Source: Acaryochloris thomasi RCC1774 (GTDB lineage: Bacteria; Cyanobacteriota; Cyanobacteriia; Thermosynechococcales; Thermosynechococcaceae). Taken from it: a DNA stretch of 32,000 nt. The stretch is from assembly GCF_003231495.1 (NCBI RefSeq), contig NZ_PQWO01000002.1, forward strand, positions 180,001 to 212,000. The letters are read 5' to 3'. Shown here one piece after another: positions 18,180-27,406 of the stretch. Numbering within the stretch: position 1 is the first letter of the stretch; each line of letters starts with the position of its first letter. The notes under the pieces were generated by a model, which ran no database searches, was not told the origin of the DNA, and was given only the letters and a program-made list of their open reading frames with translations. The translations under genes were made by a program, and so were the position numbers.

Positions 18180-19265
18180 GTGGCATTAACAAGTCTGTTC
18201 TCAAAACCGAAACAGGGGTTAGGGATTGAACTGACACCTGACAAAGTCAACTTAGTTCAACTCCGAAAGCAAAAGCAAGGTACAAAAGTGAGTGCATTTG
18301 CTTCTCTCGATTTGCCTGAAGGGGCATTCCAAGATGGTCAAATCCACGACCCAGATTTGATCGCAGATACGATTCGTCAGGGATTAGAGACCCACAAAAT
18401 CAAGGCCAAGCATGCCTCTAGTGCGGTCCCCGTCGGTGAATCTGTCATTCGTTTAATTCGCCTTCCGGCAGAACTAGATGAAGCAGAGCTTCAAGATATG
18501 GTGCTCAACCAAGAAGCTGCTCTATATCTGCCGTTCCCACGAGAAGAGGCTGACGTTGACTTTCAGCGGCTAGGGACCGAAATTGACGATGACGGGATTG
18601 AGCGAGTTGAAGTGTTGCTCGTCGCTACGCCCAAGACAGTCACAGAGAATTATCTCAGCGTTTTTCAGCAAGCGGGTTTGCAGCTTAAGGTTCTAGAAGT
18701 CAGTAGCTTCTCTTTAATTCGTACCTTACGCAATCAGCTCCTGCAGTTTGTCACCGGTGAGGCCGTTGCGCTCGTCAACTTCGATGTTGACGGCACCGAA
18801 ATTAGCATTGTTATGGACGGTGTGCCTCAGTTCAATCGCAAAGTGCCCATTGGTACCCATCACCTCGAGAGTGCGCTGAGTCGTGCCATGAATTTACCCA
18901 GCTCAATGGGAGGGGATCTGCTTCAAGGAATGACGGTCCCCATTGATAGCGGCATGGAAGAGACCTCTGCAAATCCTAGTGCGGCGGCCATGCTGCGGAT
19001 GCTGGGTGACTTGTCTGATGAACTCCGGCGCTCCATCGATTTCTACTTAAATCAAGGAGAAAACTTGGATATTTCCCAAGTCTTTCTGGCTGGTGCAGGC
19101 GCTAGCCTCGGGCAAATAGATGAATTCCTGACCCAGCGCCTTGGTTTGACCACCACATTAGTAGATCCCGTAGAATCTCTAGGGATTCAAGGATTTGAAG
19201 ATGTTCCTCCACCTCAGCGGCCCTCGTTGGGTGTTGTGATGGGCTTAGGATTACGAGAGGCATAA
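18180..19265 (+). CDS. pilM: Type IV pilus assembly protein PilM
   Basis: GTG start. GLGIELTPDKVNLVQL... has the actin-like ATPase fold pattern. It is followed directly by pilN/pilO/pilQ. Confidence 0.85.
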   Translation: MALTSLFSKPKQGLGIELTPDKVNLVQLRKQKQGTKVSAFASLDLPEGAFQDGQIHDPDLIADTIRQGLETHKIKAKHASSAVPVGESVIRLIRLPAELDEAELQDMVLNQEAALYLPFPREEADVDFQRLGTEIDDDGIERVEVLLVATPKTVTENYLSVFQQAGLQLKVLEVSSFSLIRTLRNQLLQFVTGEAVALVNFDVDGTEISIVMDGVPQFNRKVPIGTHHLESALSRAMNLPSSMGGDLLQGMTVPIDSGMEETSANPSAAAMLRMLGDLSDELRRSIDFYLNQGENLDISQVFLAGAGASLGQIDEFLTQRLGLTTTLVDPVESLGIQGFEDVPPPQRPSLGVVMGLGLREA

Positions 19266-19269
19266 TCCC

Positions 19270-20043
19270 ATGTATTCGATTGAAATTAACTTACTCAACG
19301 ATCGCCCTGAATATAGTCAGGAAGTCGTGGCTTCACGGGGTGCCGGCTCTGGTGATAGCAAGGTACCGCTTTTATTAGGCGTTGCTGCTGCCGGTAGTGC
19401 TTTAGGCTTAGTGCTGGTCTCCTTCGGGATTTTGTCTTTCTTGAATCAGCAACAGACCGCCAAGGAAGAGTCCTTAGATGCTCAGTTGGCTCAACTGTCG
19501 CCTCAGGTCAAAGAAGTAGAGGCTCTGCAGGCCCAGAAAAAAATAGTTGAAGATGAAACAGCTGCATTGGCAACAATTTTCAACCAAATTAAGCCTTGGT
19601 CGGCAATGCTGCAGGACTTGAGCGATCGCGTTCCACCGACCCTGCAAATCACCAAAATTGAGCAGACGGGAGGGGCGGCTGCACCTGCCGGTAACCAGCC
19701 CAACAATGCGGCGAATGCAGATCCAAATGCAGCACCACCGCCACCGCCTGCGAACGGCCTCAAGCTGACTGGTAACGCCATCTCTTTTGGAGACGTCAAT
19801 GATTTCGTACTGACGCTCCGCAAATCTCCTTTCTTAGAAGATGAGAAGACTCAGTTAACGACCTCAGAGCGTGAACAGAACAGCAACAACGCTGGAGGTG
19901 TTGAGCTGGTCAAGCATGAAGTCGAAACTGAAATTAATGCAGTACCTGCCTCTGAACTACTGCAGGCGCTCAACACCACTGGTGCATCCGGGCTAGTGAC
20001 CAGAATTAATTTGCTGAAGCAAAAAGGAGTGATTCAACCATGA
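19270..20043 (+). CDS. pilN: Type IV pilus assembly protein PilN
   Basis: MYSIEINLL, a single TM helix (LLLGVAAAGSALGLVLVSFGILSF) and a coiled coil match PilN. It also contains a P/A/N-rich insert (codons 133-163). Confidence 0.8.
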   Translation: MYSIEINLLNDRPEYSQEVVASRGAGSGDSKVPLLLGVAAAGSALGLVLVSFGILSFLNQQQTAKEESLDAQLAQLSPQVKEVEALQAQKKIVEDETAALATIFNQIKPWSAMLQDLSDRVPPTLQITKIEQTGGAAAPAGNQPNNAANADPNAAPPPPPANGLKLTGNAISFGDVNDFVLTLRKSPFLEDEKTQLTTSEREQNSNNAGGVELVKHEVETEINAVPASELLQALNTTGASGLVTRINLLKQKGVIQP

Positions 20044-20771
20044 CAGTCACTGGCGGATTTCCATCCGAAAACGACTTCGGACCATCCTATCCCACCGCTT
20101 TTGGGATTACTTTTACACCGACGATCCAGGGACTCCTAGTTGCTGTGGCAGGTATTGGCCTTGCGGGTTACCTCGGTAGTCTATTGATTGGTCCGGCCAT
20201 CGGCGAGTTTCAAGAGGTCAGCCAACAGGTTGAAGAAAAGGAACTGGCCCTGCAGCAGAGCGCAGAAACGGCTCGCAGAGTGAATGAAATTGTTGCAAGT
20301 CTCAACGAAGCTAAGGCCGAGAATGCTGAAGTCAGAGGGTTGTTCTCTTCTCAGCAGGCACTTGATACGCTGCTACTCGACCTCAATCAGCTGATTGTGG
20401 GTACAAATGCCCAGCTTCTCAAATTTACGCCAGAATATGCTCAATCTGGAGTGATAACCGATAGCTCAGTTGGGGAACCCTTAAATAACAAGCTCAAGCG
20501 CTCCGTCACCTCAGTTTCATTCGAGGGCAACTTTAACCAAACGCTGACTGTTATGCAGGCGATTGATAAGTTACAGACGGTGTTGGTTGTTCGAGATTTA
20601 TCAGTCGAGCTACCCGGCAATAACCAGTCTGAGTTAGGCGCGCCCAACAATCTTGTCAAGTCCACATTTAAGCTCTATGCCTATGTGCCTTTGACACCAG
20701 AAGAGGCGGCAGCGGCAGCTCAGGCGGCAGCGGAAGCTCAGGCTGCCCAGCAGGCAGAGCAGCAGAAGTAA
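20040..20771 (+). CDS. pilO: Type IV pilus assembly protein PilO
   Basis: There is an ATGA overlap with pilN (20040-20043). The protein has a single TM helix (LLVAVAGIGLAGYLGSLLIG), a coiled coil and a ferredoxin-like C-terminal region. Position in the pilMNOQ order supports the call. Confidence 0.75.
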   Translation: MTVTGGFPSENDFGPSYPTAFGITFTPTIQGLLVAVAGIGLAGYLGSLLIGPAIGEFQEVSQQVEEKELALQQSAETARRVNEIVASLNEAKAENAEVRGLFSSQQALDTLLLDLNQLIVGTNAQLLKFTPEYAQSGVITDSSVGEPLNNKLKRSVTSVSFEGNFNQTLTVMQAIDKLQTVLVVRDLSVELPGNNQSELGAPNNLVKSTFKLYAYVPLTPEEAAAAAQAAAEAQAAQQAEQQK

Positions 20772-20862
20772 GAGTTTAATGCTGGTGTTATTTAACGCTG
20801 GCAGACAAAATCAAGAGTTTTTAATTAATCAGCATTCAATTATTACTGAACAGGAGTCTAGG

Positions 20863-22908
20863 GTGAACGGTTATAAAGGACGCTACGGAGCCATTTTGGG
20901 CTGCACAGTTGCAGCGTTAGGGGCTATTAGCCAGCCAGCAATGGCGGCGGAGACAGAAATCACTGGCGTGCAGTTGAATCCAACTTCGGGTGGTTTTCAG
21001 CTAGTACTGAACACGCAGGGCAACCAGCGCCCTCCAGTCTTTACGGTCAACCGAGGCAACAGTTCCGTTGCTGACATCAACAACACACAGCTTCGCTTAC
21101 CAGAAGGTGGCGAGTTCCAAGAGACTGATTCCAACGTTCTACCTGAAGGAATCACTGGTGTTTCGGTTCGCCAACTTGATAGCAACACTATTCGCATTCA
21201 GGTTGATGGCGTTAATGCCGCACCGGTTGCTGATATCGTTCGCCGCGATGGCAGTAAAGGCTTACTGGTCATGCAGTTTGAACCTAGTGCTGCTGCCTCT
21301 AGCGGTGCCACGACGTCGAGTCAAGCATCTAGTGGTTCTCGGCCTAGCTCCACACCACCATTCCGACAGCGGGCGAGTGCGCCACCTATTGGTGATGTAG
21401 CCGTTGCGCCTGTTAATGTAGACCCCGATCGGATTGAGCTGGGTAGTGGTCGGGTTATTCCTAAGCTTCTGCTCCGGGATGCGCCTGTGCGTGAGGTTGT
21501 CACACTGCTGGGCCGTGCTGCGGGTGTTAATGTTGCCTTTGCTGAAGACGGTGAAGAGGGGGCTGGTTCTACTGTTTCTCTTGATATTGAGAACGAGTCT
21601 GTTGATGATGTCTTTAACTACGTGATTCGCTTGGCGGGTTTGCAGGCTAATCGAGTCGGACAGACGGTATTTGTGGGTACAGAACTCCCTGGAGCAGCTC
21701 AGAATCGAGTGGTTCGCAACGTTCGATTGAACCAGATGAAAGCTACTGCGATTGTTGAAACGGTCAAAACCTTAGAAACGAATGTGACAACTGGTGGAGA
21801 TGCCGGATCTAGCGGTGACGACGGTGGGTCTTCCAGCTTGGGAGGTACTGCTATTGGACGAGCGACAGATATTGATGAAACGGTTGAGGGCAGAGGTGCT
21901 AAAGAGATCTTAGAGTCCTATGGTGCCAATGAGAGCGGAGACGCTGTTACTACGCTGCTCAGGGGGCTATCTGCTGTTGCTGATTCTCGGACGAATACAG
22001 TTACTCTCATTGGAACGCCACGTCAGGTTGAAGTTGCGACATCTTTACTCACGCAGCTTGATGTTCGCCAACGTCAAGTTGCCGTCAAGGTGACATTCAT
22101 TGATGTGGATCTAGATAAGAGTAAAATTTCGAATGCTGACATTAGTTTCCAGGCAAATGATGGTTTGGGCATCGGGGTCATTGACCCGGCTGGAGGTACC
22201 AATGTAGGTCTAGGGATTGAATTGGGAAATGCTGTTGATGCTGTGACTGGTGGTCTAGGTGGCTCAATTTTGGGGCTAACCAATAACTTCCTTGCCAGTA
22301 TCTTTGTCCAAATCCGCAATGAGAATGCGAAGATTCTGACGAATCCGACCCTTTTGATTCAAGAAGGGAGTGCGGCTCAGGTTAACCTTACGGAGCAGGT
22401 CTTCTCTGGGACTGTTACGAGGGTTAGCAACGTTGATCGTGCCTCTGGCGCAGGATCGACGGCAGAAAGTAGTGAACCCAATATTCAAAATGCTGGAGTT
22501 ATTATGAATGTCGAGGTTGATCGAATTGACGATAATGGCTTTGTGACACTGAGTGTGACGCCAGAAGTGAGTTCAGTTAACCCTGATAATTCTTTCAATG
22601 ACGGTACCGCAGTGGGGCAACTTCTATCTCAGCGCCGCGTAGAGTCGGGTAAGATTCGGCTGCGTGATGGTCAGACGTTAGTTATGGCGGGTATCATCCA
22701 AGACGAGGACCGCGCTTCTGTTAGTAAGGTACCCATTTTAGGTGATATCCCACTACTGGGGCGATTGTTCCGCAGCTCTAGCAATTCTCGTCGCCGAAGT
22801 GAGTTGGTGGTCATGGTGACGCCTCAGATCTTGAATGATTCTGATCAATCTACCTATGGCTACAACTTTCAGCCCGGCCCAGATGCCGCAGAATTTCTGA
22901 GACGCTAA
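20863..22908 (+). CDS. pilQ: Type IV pilus secretin PilQ (AMIN domain + secretin)
   Basis: The signal peptide is RYGAILGCTVAALGAISQPAMA-AE. An AMIN-like N-domain follows (ITGVQLNPTSGGFQLVLNT...IRIQVDG). The secretin C-terminus is VPILGDIPLLGRLFRSSSNSRRRSELVVMVTPQIL. The track ORF begins at ATG 20779. The GTG at 20863 has CAGGAG 7 nt upstream and gives a normal signal peptide. Confidence 0.85.
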   Translation: MNGYKGRYGAILGCTVAALGAISQPAMAAETEITGVQLNPTSGGFQLVLNTQGNQRPPVFTVNRGNSSVADINNTQLRLPEGGEFQETDSNVLPEGITGVSVRQLDSNTIRIQVDGVNAAPVADIVRRDGSKGLLVMQFEPSAAASSGATTSSQASSGSRPSSTPPFRQRASAPPIGDVAVAPVNVDPDRIELGSGRVIPKLLLRDAPVREVVTLLGRAAGVNVAFAEDGEEGAGSTVSLDIENESVDDVFNYVIRLAGLQANRVGQTVFVGTELPGAAQNRVVRNVRLNQMKATAIVETVKTLETNVTTGGDAGSSGDDGGSSSLGGTAIGRATDIDETVEGRGAKEILESYGANESGDAVTTLLRGLSAVADSRTNTVTLIGTPRQVEVATSLLTQLDVRQRQVAVKVTFIDVDLDKSKISNADISFQANDGLGIGVIDPAGGTNVGLGIELGNAVDAVTGGLGGSILGLTNNFLASIFVQIRNENAKILTNPTLLIQEGSAAQVNLTEQVFSGTVTRVSNVDRASGAGSTAESSEPNIQNAGVIMNVEVDRIDDNGFVTLSVTPEVSSVNPDNSFNDGTAVGQLLSQRRVESGKIRLRDGQTLVMAGIIQDEDRASVSKVPILGDIPLLGRLFRSSSNSRRRSELVVMVTPQILNDSDQSTYGYNFQPGPDAAEFLRR

Positions 22909-22949
22909 TCTCGAGATGCCTATCAGTTCATAGACCCAATATTGCCTTT

Positions 22950-22982
22950 TGCACCCTTTCTAAATAGAGAGGGTGCATTTCT
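22950..22982 (+). terminator. Hairpin terminator after pilQ
   Basis: tgcaccctttct-aaat-agagagggtgca gives 11 of 12 paired positions and is followed by tttct. Confidence 0.5.
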
Positions 22983-23082
22983 GATATTCAAGTCTCTTAA
23001 AGCTAAAATCTCCAGATTTGATTGAGGAACAACAAAGCTATGGACAGCTCTATTCTTCGCTGTTCTCTCTAGCTTTCACCAG

Positions 23083-23748
23083 CTAGACCATCGCAAACTG
23101 AGCTGCGACTTCATCCCAGCCTAAGCCTTCTCGAATGACAGTGGGTTCAGAGCCACACAGATCCAAAATGGTGGAGCAAAGTTCTGCAGGCTCCTGGCCA
23201 TTATCGACAATTAAGTCAACGTGCTTATCTAAGCAGTCAAAAAGCTCTGCCTGCGATAAGCCCTGAAAAGTGTCTGATGAGCCGCCCAGTGCTTCAGGCA
23301 AGTGCGCCGAGGTTGAAATCACGGGCGTCTCCAGAGAAGATAGAATCGCCTGACACACTGGATGCTCGGGTACCCGAATTCCGGTTGTTTTGCGTTTGGG
23401 ATTTTGCACGAGCTTGGGCACGAGCTTCGTTGCTGGGAGAATAAAGGTATAAGGACCGGGTACTAGACGCCGCATAATTCGATAGGCCGGGTCTTGAACG
23501 TAGGCGTATTGGGCAATATTTGACAGAGACGAACACAAGAACGTGAGCGGTTTGTCGTTAGAAATCTGCTTGAGCTGCCGCACGCGCTGCAGTGCCGCTT
23601 TAGAATTGAGATCGCAGCCGATTGCGTAGACCGTATCTGTGGGGTAGAGCATGACGGCTCCTGACAGTAGCGCGTCTCGAATTTGGTCAATGATGCGCGT
23701 CTGTGGGTCGTCTGGATGCACCGTATAAATCTGAGCCATGCCCTTCAC
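23083..23748 (-). CDS. tsaC: L-threonylcarbamoyladenylate synthase (YrdC/TsaC family)
   Basis: GAVMLYPTDTVYAIGCDL, KPLTFLCSS and PGPYTFIL are YrdC-domain blocks. The alternative start at 23739 gives MAQIY. Confidence 0.8.
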   Translation of the reverse strand: MKGMAQIYTVHPDDPQTRIIDQIRDALLSGAVMLYPTDTVYAIGCDLNSKAALQRVRQLKQISNDKPLTFLCSSLSNIAQYAYVQDPAYRIMRRLVPGPYTFILPATKLVPKLVQNPKRKTTGIRVPEHPVCQAILSSLETPVISTSAHLPEALGGSSDTFQGLSQAELFDCLDKHVDLIVDNGQEPAELCSTILDLCGSEPTVIREGLGWDEVAAQFAMV

Positions 23749-23762
23749 TTTGCCTTAACTGT

Positions 23763-25007
23763 ATGCCCAAGCTAGCCTACCTTGATTGCCCGACAGGGAT
23801 TGCAGGCAATATGTGCCTAGGTGCCCTGATCGATGCTGGTGTTCCCCCTACCTATTTGCAAGATCAGTTGGCATTGCTTGGGATTAATCAGGAGTATCAG
23901 TTGCGAGTCGAGTCCGTGAATCATCAGGGGCAGCGAGCTACTCAGGTTCGGGTGAACCTGATCGCAGAGAAGTCCTCTGTTAATAATGATCCCACAGAGA
24001 ATAAACGCCATCAACTGGGACATCGGCATTTGCCCACGATTGAAAAACTGATTAAACAGGCGCAACTTCCCACCAGGCCGACTCAGTGGAGCTTAGAGAT
24101 TTTCCGTAATTTGGCGGTGGCTGAGGGGGCGGTCCACGGCATTCCTCCGGAGCAGGTTCACTTTCATGAAGTGGGGGCAACAGATGCCATTGTTGATATT
24201 GTAGGCACCTGTCTGGGACTAAATTGGCTGGGCATTGACCAGCTCTATTGCTCGGCTCTGCCGACGGGGGGCGGAATGGTTAAGGCTGCTCATGGGATAT
24301 TATCAGTACCGGTGCCTGCAGTGCTCAAGCTTTGGGAACAGCGTCAGGTGCCGGTGTACCACAATGGAATTGATCGAGAGCTGGTGACGCCGACGGGGGT
24401 TGCGATCGCAACAACCCTCGTTCAAACCTTTGGTCCCCCTCCTGCTATGACGCTGCAGCAGATTGGCCTAGGGGCAGGCACCCATCAGCTTCCGATCCCG
24501 AACATCCTGCGTCTTTGGATTGGTGAAGCCGTTGGCTCTCCCGATGCAGCCGATGTTCCAGAGCTAGAGACTGTTATTGTTCTCGAGACTCAAATCGACG
24601 ATCTTAACCCCCAAGCCATTGGTTACACCTACGATCGCTTGTTTGAAGTGGGGGCACTGGACGTTTTTACCCAGGCGATTGGCATGAAAAAATCTCGTCC
24701 CGGCATATTGTTGACGGTCATCTGCCATCCTGAGGCCGTGGATGGCTGTGAAACCATTCTTTTTCAGGAAACCAGTACCCTGGGAATTCGGCGATCGCAA
24801 CAGCAGCGTCATGCTCTAGCACGCGAAATCCGAACCATCGAAACGCCCCATGGTCCCGTACGCATTAAAGTTGCGTGGCATCAAGGCCGGGTTATTAATG
24901 CACAGCCAGAGTACGAAGACTGTGCTCGTCTAGCCCAGCAGCAAGAGCGTCCCTGGCAAGAAATTCATCAGAGTGCGATCCAGAGTTGGCAACAGCAAGC
25001 CACCTGA
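23763..25007 (+). CDS. larC: LarC-family (DUF111) nickel-pincer cofactor nickel insertase
   Basis: MPKLAYLDCPTGIAGNMCLGALIDAGVP and FHEVGATDAIVDIVG are LarC/DUF111 signatures. The track ORF (23703) is extended upstream into tsaC, so the ATG at 23763 is preferred. Confidence 0.8.
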   Translation: MPKLAYLDCPTGIAGNMCLGALIDAGVPPTYLQDQLALLGINQEYQLRVESVNHQGQRATQVRVNLIAEKSSVNNDPTENKRHQLGHRHLPTIEKLIKQAQLPTRPTQWSLEIFRNLAVAEGAVHGIPPEQVHFHEVGATDAIVDIVGTCLGLNWLGIDQLYCSALPTGGGMVKAAHGILSVPVPAVLKLWEQRQVPVYHNGIDRELVTPTGVAIATTLVQTFGPPPAMTLQQIGLGAGTHQLPIPNILRLWIGEAVGSPDAADVPELETVIVLETQIDDLNPQAIGYTYDRLFEVGALDVFTQAIGMKKSRPGILLTVICHPEAVDGCETILFQETSTLGIRRSQQQRHALAREIRTIETPHGPVRIKVAWHQGRVINAQPEYEDCARLAQQQERPWQEIHQSAIQSWQQQAT

Positions 25008-25040
25008 TCATTCCATCCTGTCGTGGCATTTGCCCCCTAA

Positions 25041-25070
25041 AGCAAAAGAGCCGCACCGCAGCTCTTTGCT
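25041..25070. terminator. Hairpin between convergent larC and rpmA (possible bidirectional terminator)
   Basis: agcaaaagagc-cgcaccgca-gctctttgct forms a 10-bp stem with one bulged A. Confidence 0.45.
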
Positions 25071-25101
25071 TCAATCTATTTCAATGTCAGAAACGCGAAC
25101 G

Positions 25102-25371
25102 CTATGCTGTTGCTGTCTCAGGCGCATAAACGCTTACTTTCTTGCCTGAGCGACCTTTGCGCTCAAAGGTGACCACGCCATCGGTCAAGGCATAGAGTGT
25201 GTAGTCGTTACCGCAGCCGACATTATTGCCGGGGTGATACTTGGTACCCCGCTGACGGATGAGAATATTACCTGCTTTGACCGCCTGACCGCCGTAGCGC
25301 TTGACGCCTAAGCGCTGCGCATTGGAGTCGCGTCCATTTCTTGTACTGCCGGTACCTTTCTTATGAGCCAT
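25102..25371 (-). CDS. rpmA: 50S ribosomal protein L27
   Basis: [29 protein letters not shown] is the canonical L27 N-terminus. Confidence 0.97.
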   Translation of the reverse strand: MAHKKGTGSTRNGRDSNAQRLGVKRYGGQAVKAGNILIRQRGTKYHPGNNVGCGNDYTLYALTDGVVTFERKGRSGKKVSVYAPETATA

Positions 25372-25426
25372 ATCAACCTCAAGACATCAATACGTTATTG
25401 CTGGACTGCTATAGAACAATGAGGTT

Positions 25427-25873
25427 CTATGCTTCTGTGGGGGCCTCTTCCTTCTTGGCCTTTGCTTTTTTGGCGGGAGCCTTCTCTGAAGCCTCTTCTT
25501 CCACTTTAGCTGATTTAGCGGGTGCTTTCTTCTTGGCCTCACCGCCCACGGCGCTGCCGTTCATCTGAATGGAGTCCACCATAAACCGCGTCAGTTCCTG
25601 ACGGTGACCGCGCTTTTTGCGGGTCTTCTTTTTGGGCTGCATTTTATACACAATGATCTTGCGATCGCGCATGTGTCTCAAAACAGTCACTTCAACCGTA
25701 GCTCCCTTTACGAGGGGCTGTCCCACAGAGACCTCTGTGCCATCGTGCACCAACAGCACTTTATCGATGGACATCTTTGCATCAACATCGTGGTGGAGAC
25801 GATTGACGTCATAAAAACGACCGGGTTCAACCCAGAGCTGCGTCCCGCCAATTTCAACAATCGCGTATGCCAT
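25427..25873 (-). CDS. rplU: 50S ribosomal protein L21 with a K/A/E-rich C-terminal tail
   Basis: [26 protein letters not shown]...GHRQELTRF is canonical L21. It is followed by a ~44-aa tail, [44 protein letters not shown]. Confidence 0.95.
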   Translation of the reverse strand: MAYAIVEIGGTQLWVEPGRFYDVNRLHHDVDAKMSIDKVLLVHDGTEVSVGQPLVKGATVEVTVLRHMRDRKIIVYKMQPKKKTRKKRGHRQELTRFMVDSIQMNGSAVGGEAKKKAPAKSAKVEEEASEKAPAKKAKAKKEEAPTEA

Positions 25874-26089
25874 TAACTTAATTTTGCCTCTATCTATTCG
25901 CCGTACAGGTTCCTGGCTTTAGCTTCAACAGGATTCTAACCACCTGGTCCGAACGATAACAAGTGTGCCAGTCTAACATCATCCTAGATCCTCCATCAGC
26001 CTGTCAAGTCTCTATTTTTCGAAAGAGTGGTTGATTCTCGACTCAGATGTTTAAGCTGACGACCAATGATTTGAGATCAAGTCTGTCGC

Positions 26090-27367
26090 TTAGGATTTAG
26101 CGATCAGGGTTTGTAGTGTTTCTAAGAATTGAGCCTGGTCGTAGGGCTTCGAGAAGTAGGCATTGGCGCCTAGGGTGCTCGATAGCTGACGATGCTCTTC
26201 TCCTGAATGGGTGCTGAGCATCACCACGGGTAGAGTGGTCATCTTCGGATCGCGGCGACAGTGACTGAGAAAGTCAAATCCGTTCATCTGGGGCATCTCA
26301 ACATCGCAAATTACGAGCCGAACCTCTTGATGTTTCTGCAGTTGCTCCAGCGCTTCAGTGCCATGCTGAGCCTGCAGTACCCTGTAGCCTATACCCTCTA
26401 AGGTAATGGTTAAGATATGGCGCAATGTGTGCGAGTCATCTACCACTAACACCACTGGCTCTGCGTCTCGGGCTGCTGCGGGCGGTGCCGTTTCCTCAGT
26501 TCGAGGTGCCGTAGGCAGCCGCAGCTTTTGATCGAGGAGCAGCGCAATATTGATCACTGGCGCGGCTCGATCATCTGAACGGATGGTATAGCCATGACAG
26601 TAGCTCGGGGCACGAAGCCGAGAAGCGTAGGGAATGATTTTTAGCTCTGATTCAGTGACGAGCAACTTGATGTCGATATCCAGCGCGAGTCTGTTCGAAC
26701 CCTGCTGGATTACCAAAATAGTGCCCGATCTCAAGGTCGTCCCGCGCGCGCTGCTTAACCCGATCTCTGGAAAAGGCTGGGCGGTGGAGGGCTGGATGAG
26801 CTGATAAAGGGGAATGAGCTGATCGCGCCAGCGCAGACTCTTGCCTAAGCCCGTTTGCACCAACTGCTCGGGTTTAGATATTAAGATCTCGACGACTTGA
26901 TGAGAGGGAAGTACAAAAATACTGCCGTCCATCTGCCAAAGGAACAGATTGGCCGTGGGCAGTCTCTGCTCTAGGATTAGCTCCGAGCTGATCTCCGTCG
27001 GTCCCGGCCTGGAAGGGGAGGGGGCTGGTGCCGCTTGAATTCTGGTAGCTGCAGGCAGCGGGGCTGTGGCTTCCTGGGTTTGCAAAAGCTCTAGCCGATA
27101 AATCGCCCGGAATCCCTCTAGGGCAAGCTGGGCAATCATGGAATGGTTGTCGGGGGCCGCTCGCATCAGCAGCACCGTTGTCTGGGCGAGAGAAACTAAG
27201 CCCTCAATCTCTAGAACCTCACCCCAGCTCAATAGAGCGGCGACTTGGGTTTTCAATGCCGTCGCAAATTCAGGGGTTTCAGGCGTGGCCAGCAGCGCTT
27301 CTAGTCGCTTCAGGGTCTGGGCAATATCGCTATCAAAAATCGACTGGATCCGGTATGCGTTGCTCAT
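26090..27367 (-). CDS. CheW-like + receiver (CheV-like) protein with a His-less helical N-domain; hybrid-CheA domain order without the kinase core
   Basis: Residues ~135-280 carry the CheW pattern: LFLWQMDGSIFVLPSHQVVEIL...SLRWRDQLIPLYQL...ILVIQQGSNRLALDIDIKLLV...GYTIRSDDRAAPVINIALLL. Residues ~305-420 form a complete REC domain: VVDD310/311, ICD355VEMPQMNG, MLS385T386, FSK407P. Residues 1-95 are helical and residues 100-125 are P/A-rich. No HATPase_c or dimerisation motifs (N, G1, F, G2 boxes) are visible. Confidence 0.75.
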   Translation of the reverse strand: MSNAYRIQSIFDSDIAQTLKRLEALLATPETPEFATALKTQVAALLSWGEVLEIEGLVSLAQTTVLLMRAAPDNHSMIAQLALEGFRAIYRLELLQTQEATAPLPAATRIQAAPAPSPSRPGPTEISSELILEQRLPTANLFLWQMDGSIFVLPSHQVVEILISKPEQLVQTGLGKSLRWRDQLIPLYQLIQPSTAQPFPEIGLSSARGTTLRSGTILVIQQGSNRLALDIDIKLLVTESELKIIPYASRLRAPSYCHGYTIRSDDRAAPVINIALLLDQKLRLPTAPRTEETAPPAAARDAEPVVLVVDDSHTLRHILTITLEGIGYRVLQAQHGTEALEQLQKHQEVRLVICDVEMPQMNGFDFLSHCRRDPKMTTLPVVMLSTHSGEEHRQLSSTLGANAYFSKPYDQAQFLETLQTLIAKS

Positions 27368-27406
27368 GGTCTCATCCTCCGGGCCAGATAGCTAGGGGTC
27401 ATTTAT

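Noticed and set aside
19503-19823. A 106-aa minus-strand ORF.
   Set aside because: It is antisense to the low-complexity P/A-rich part of pilN. The G/A-rich translation is a mirror artefact.
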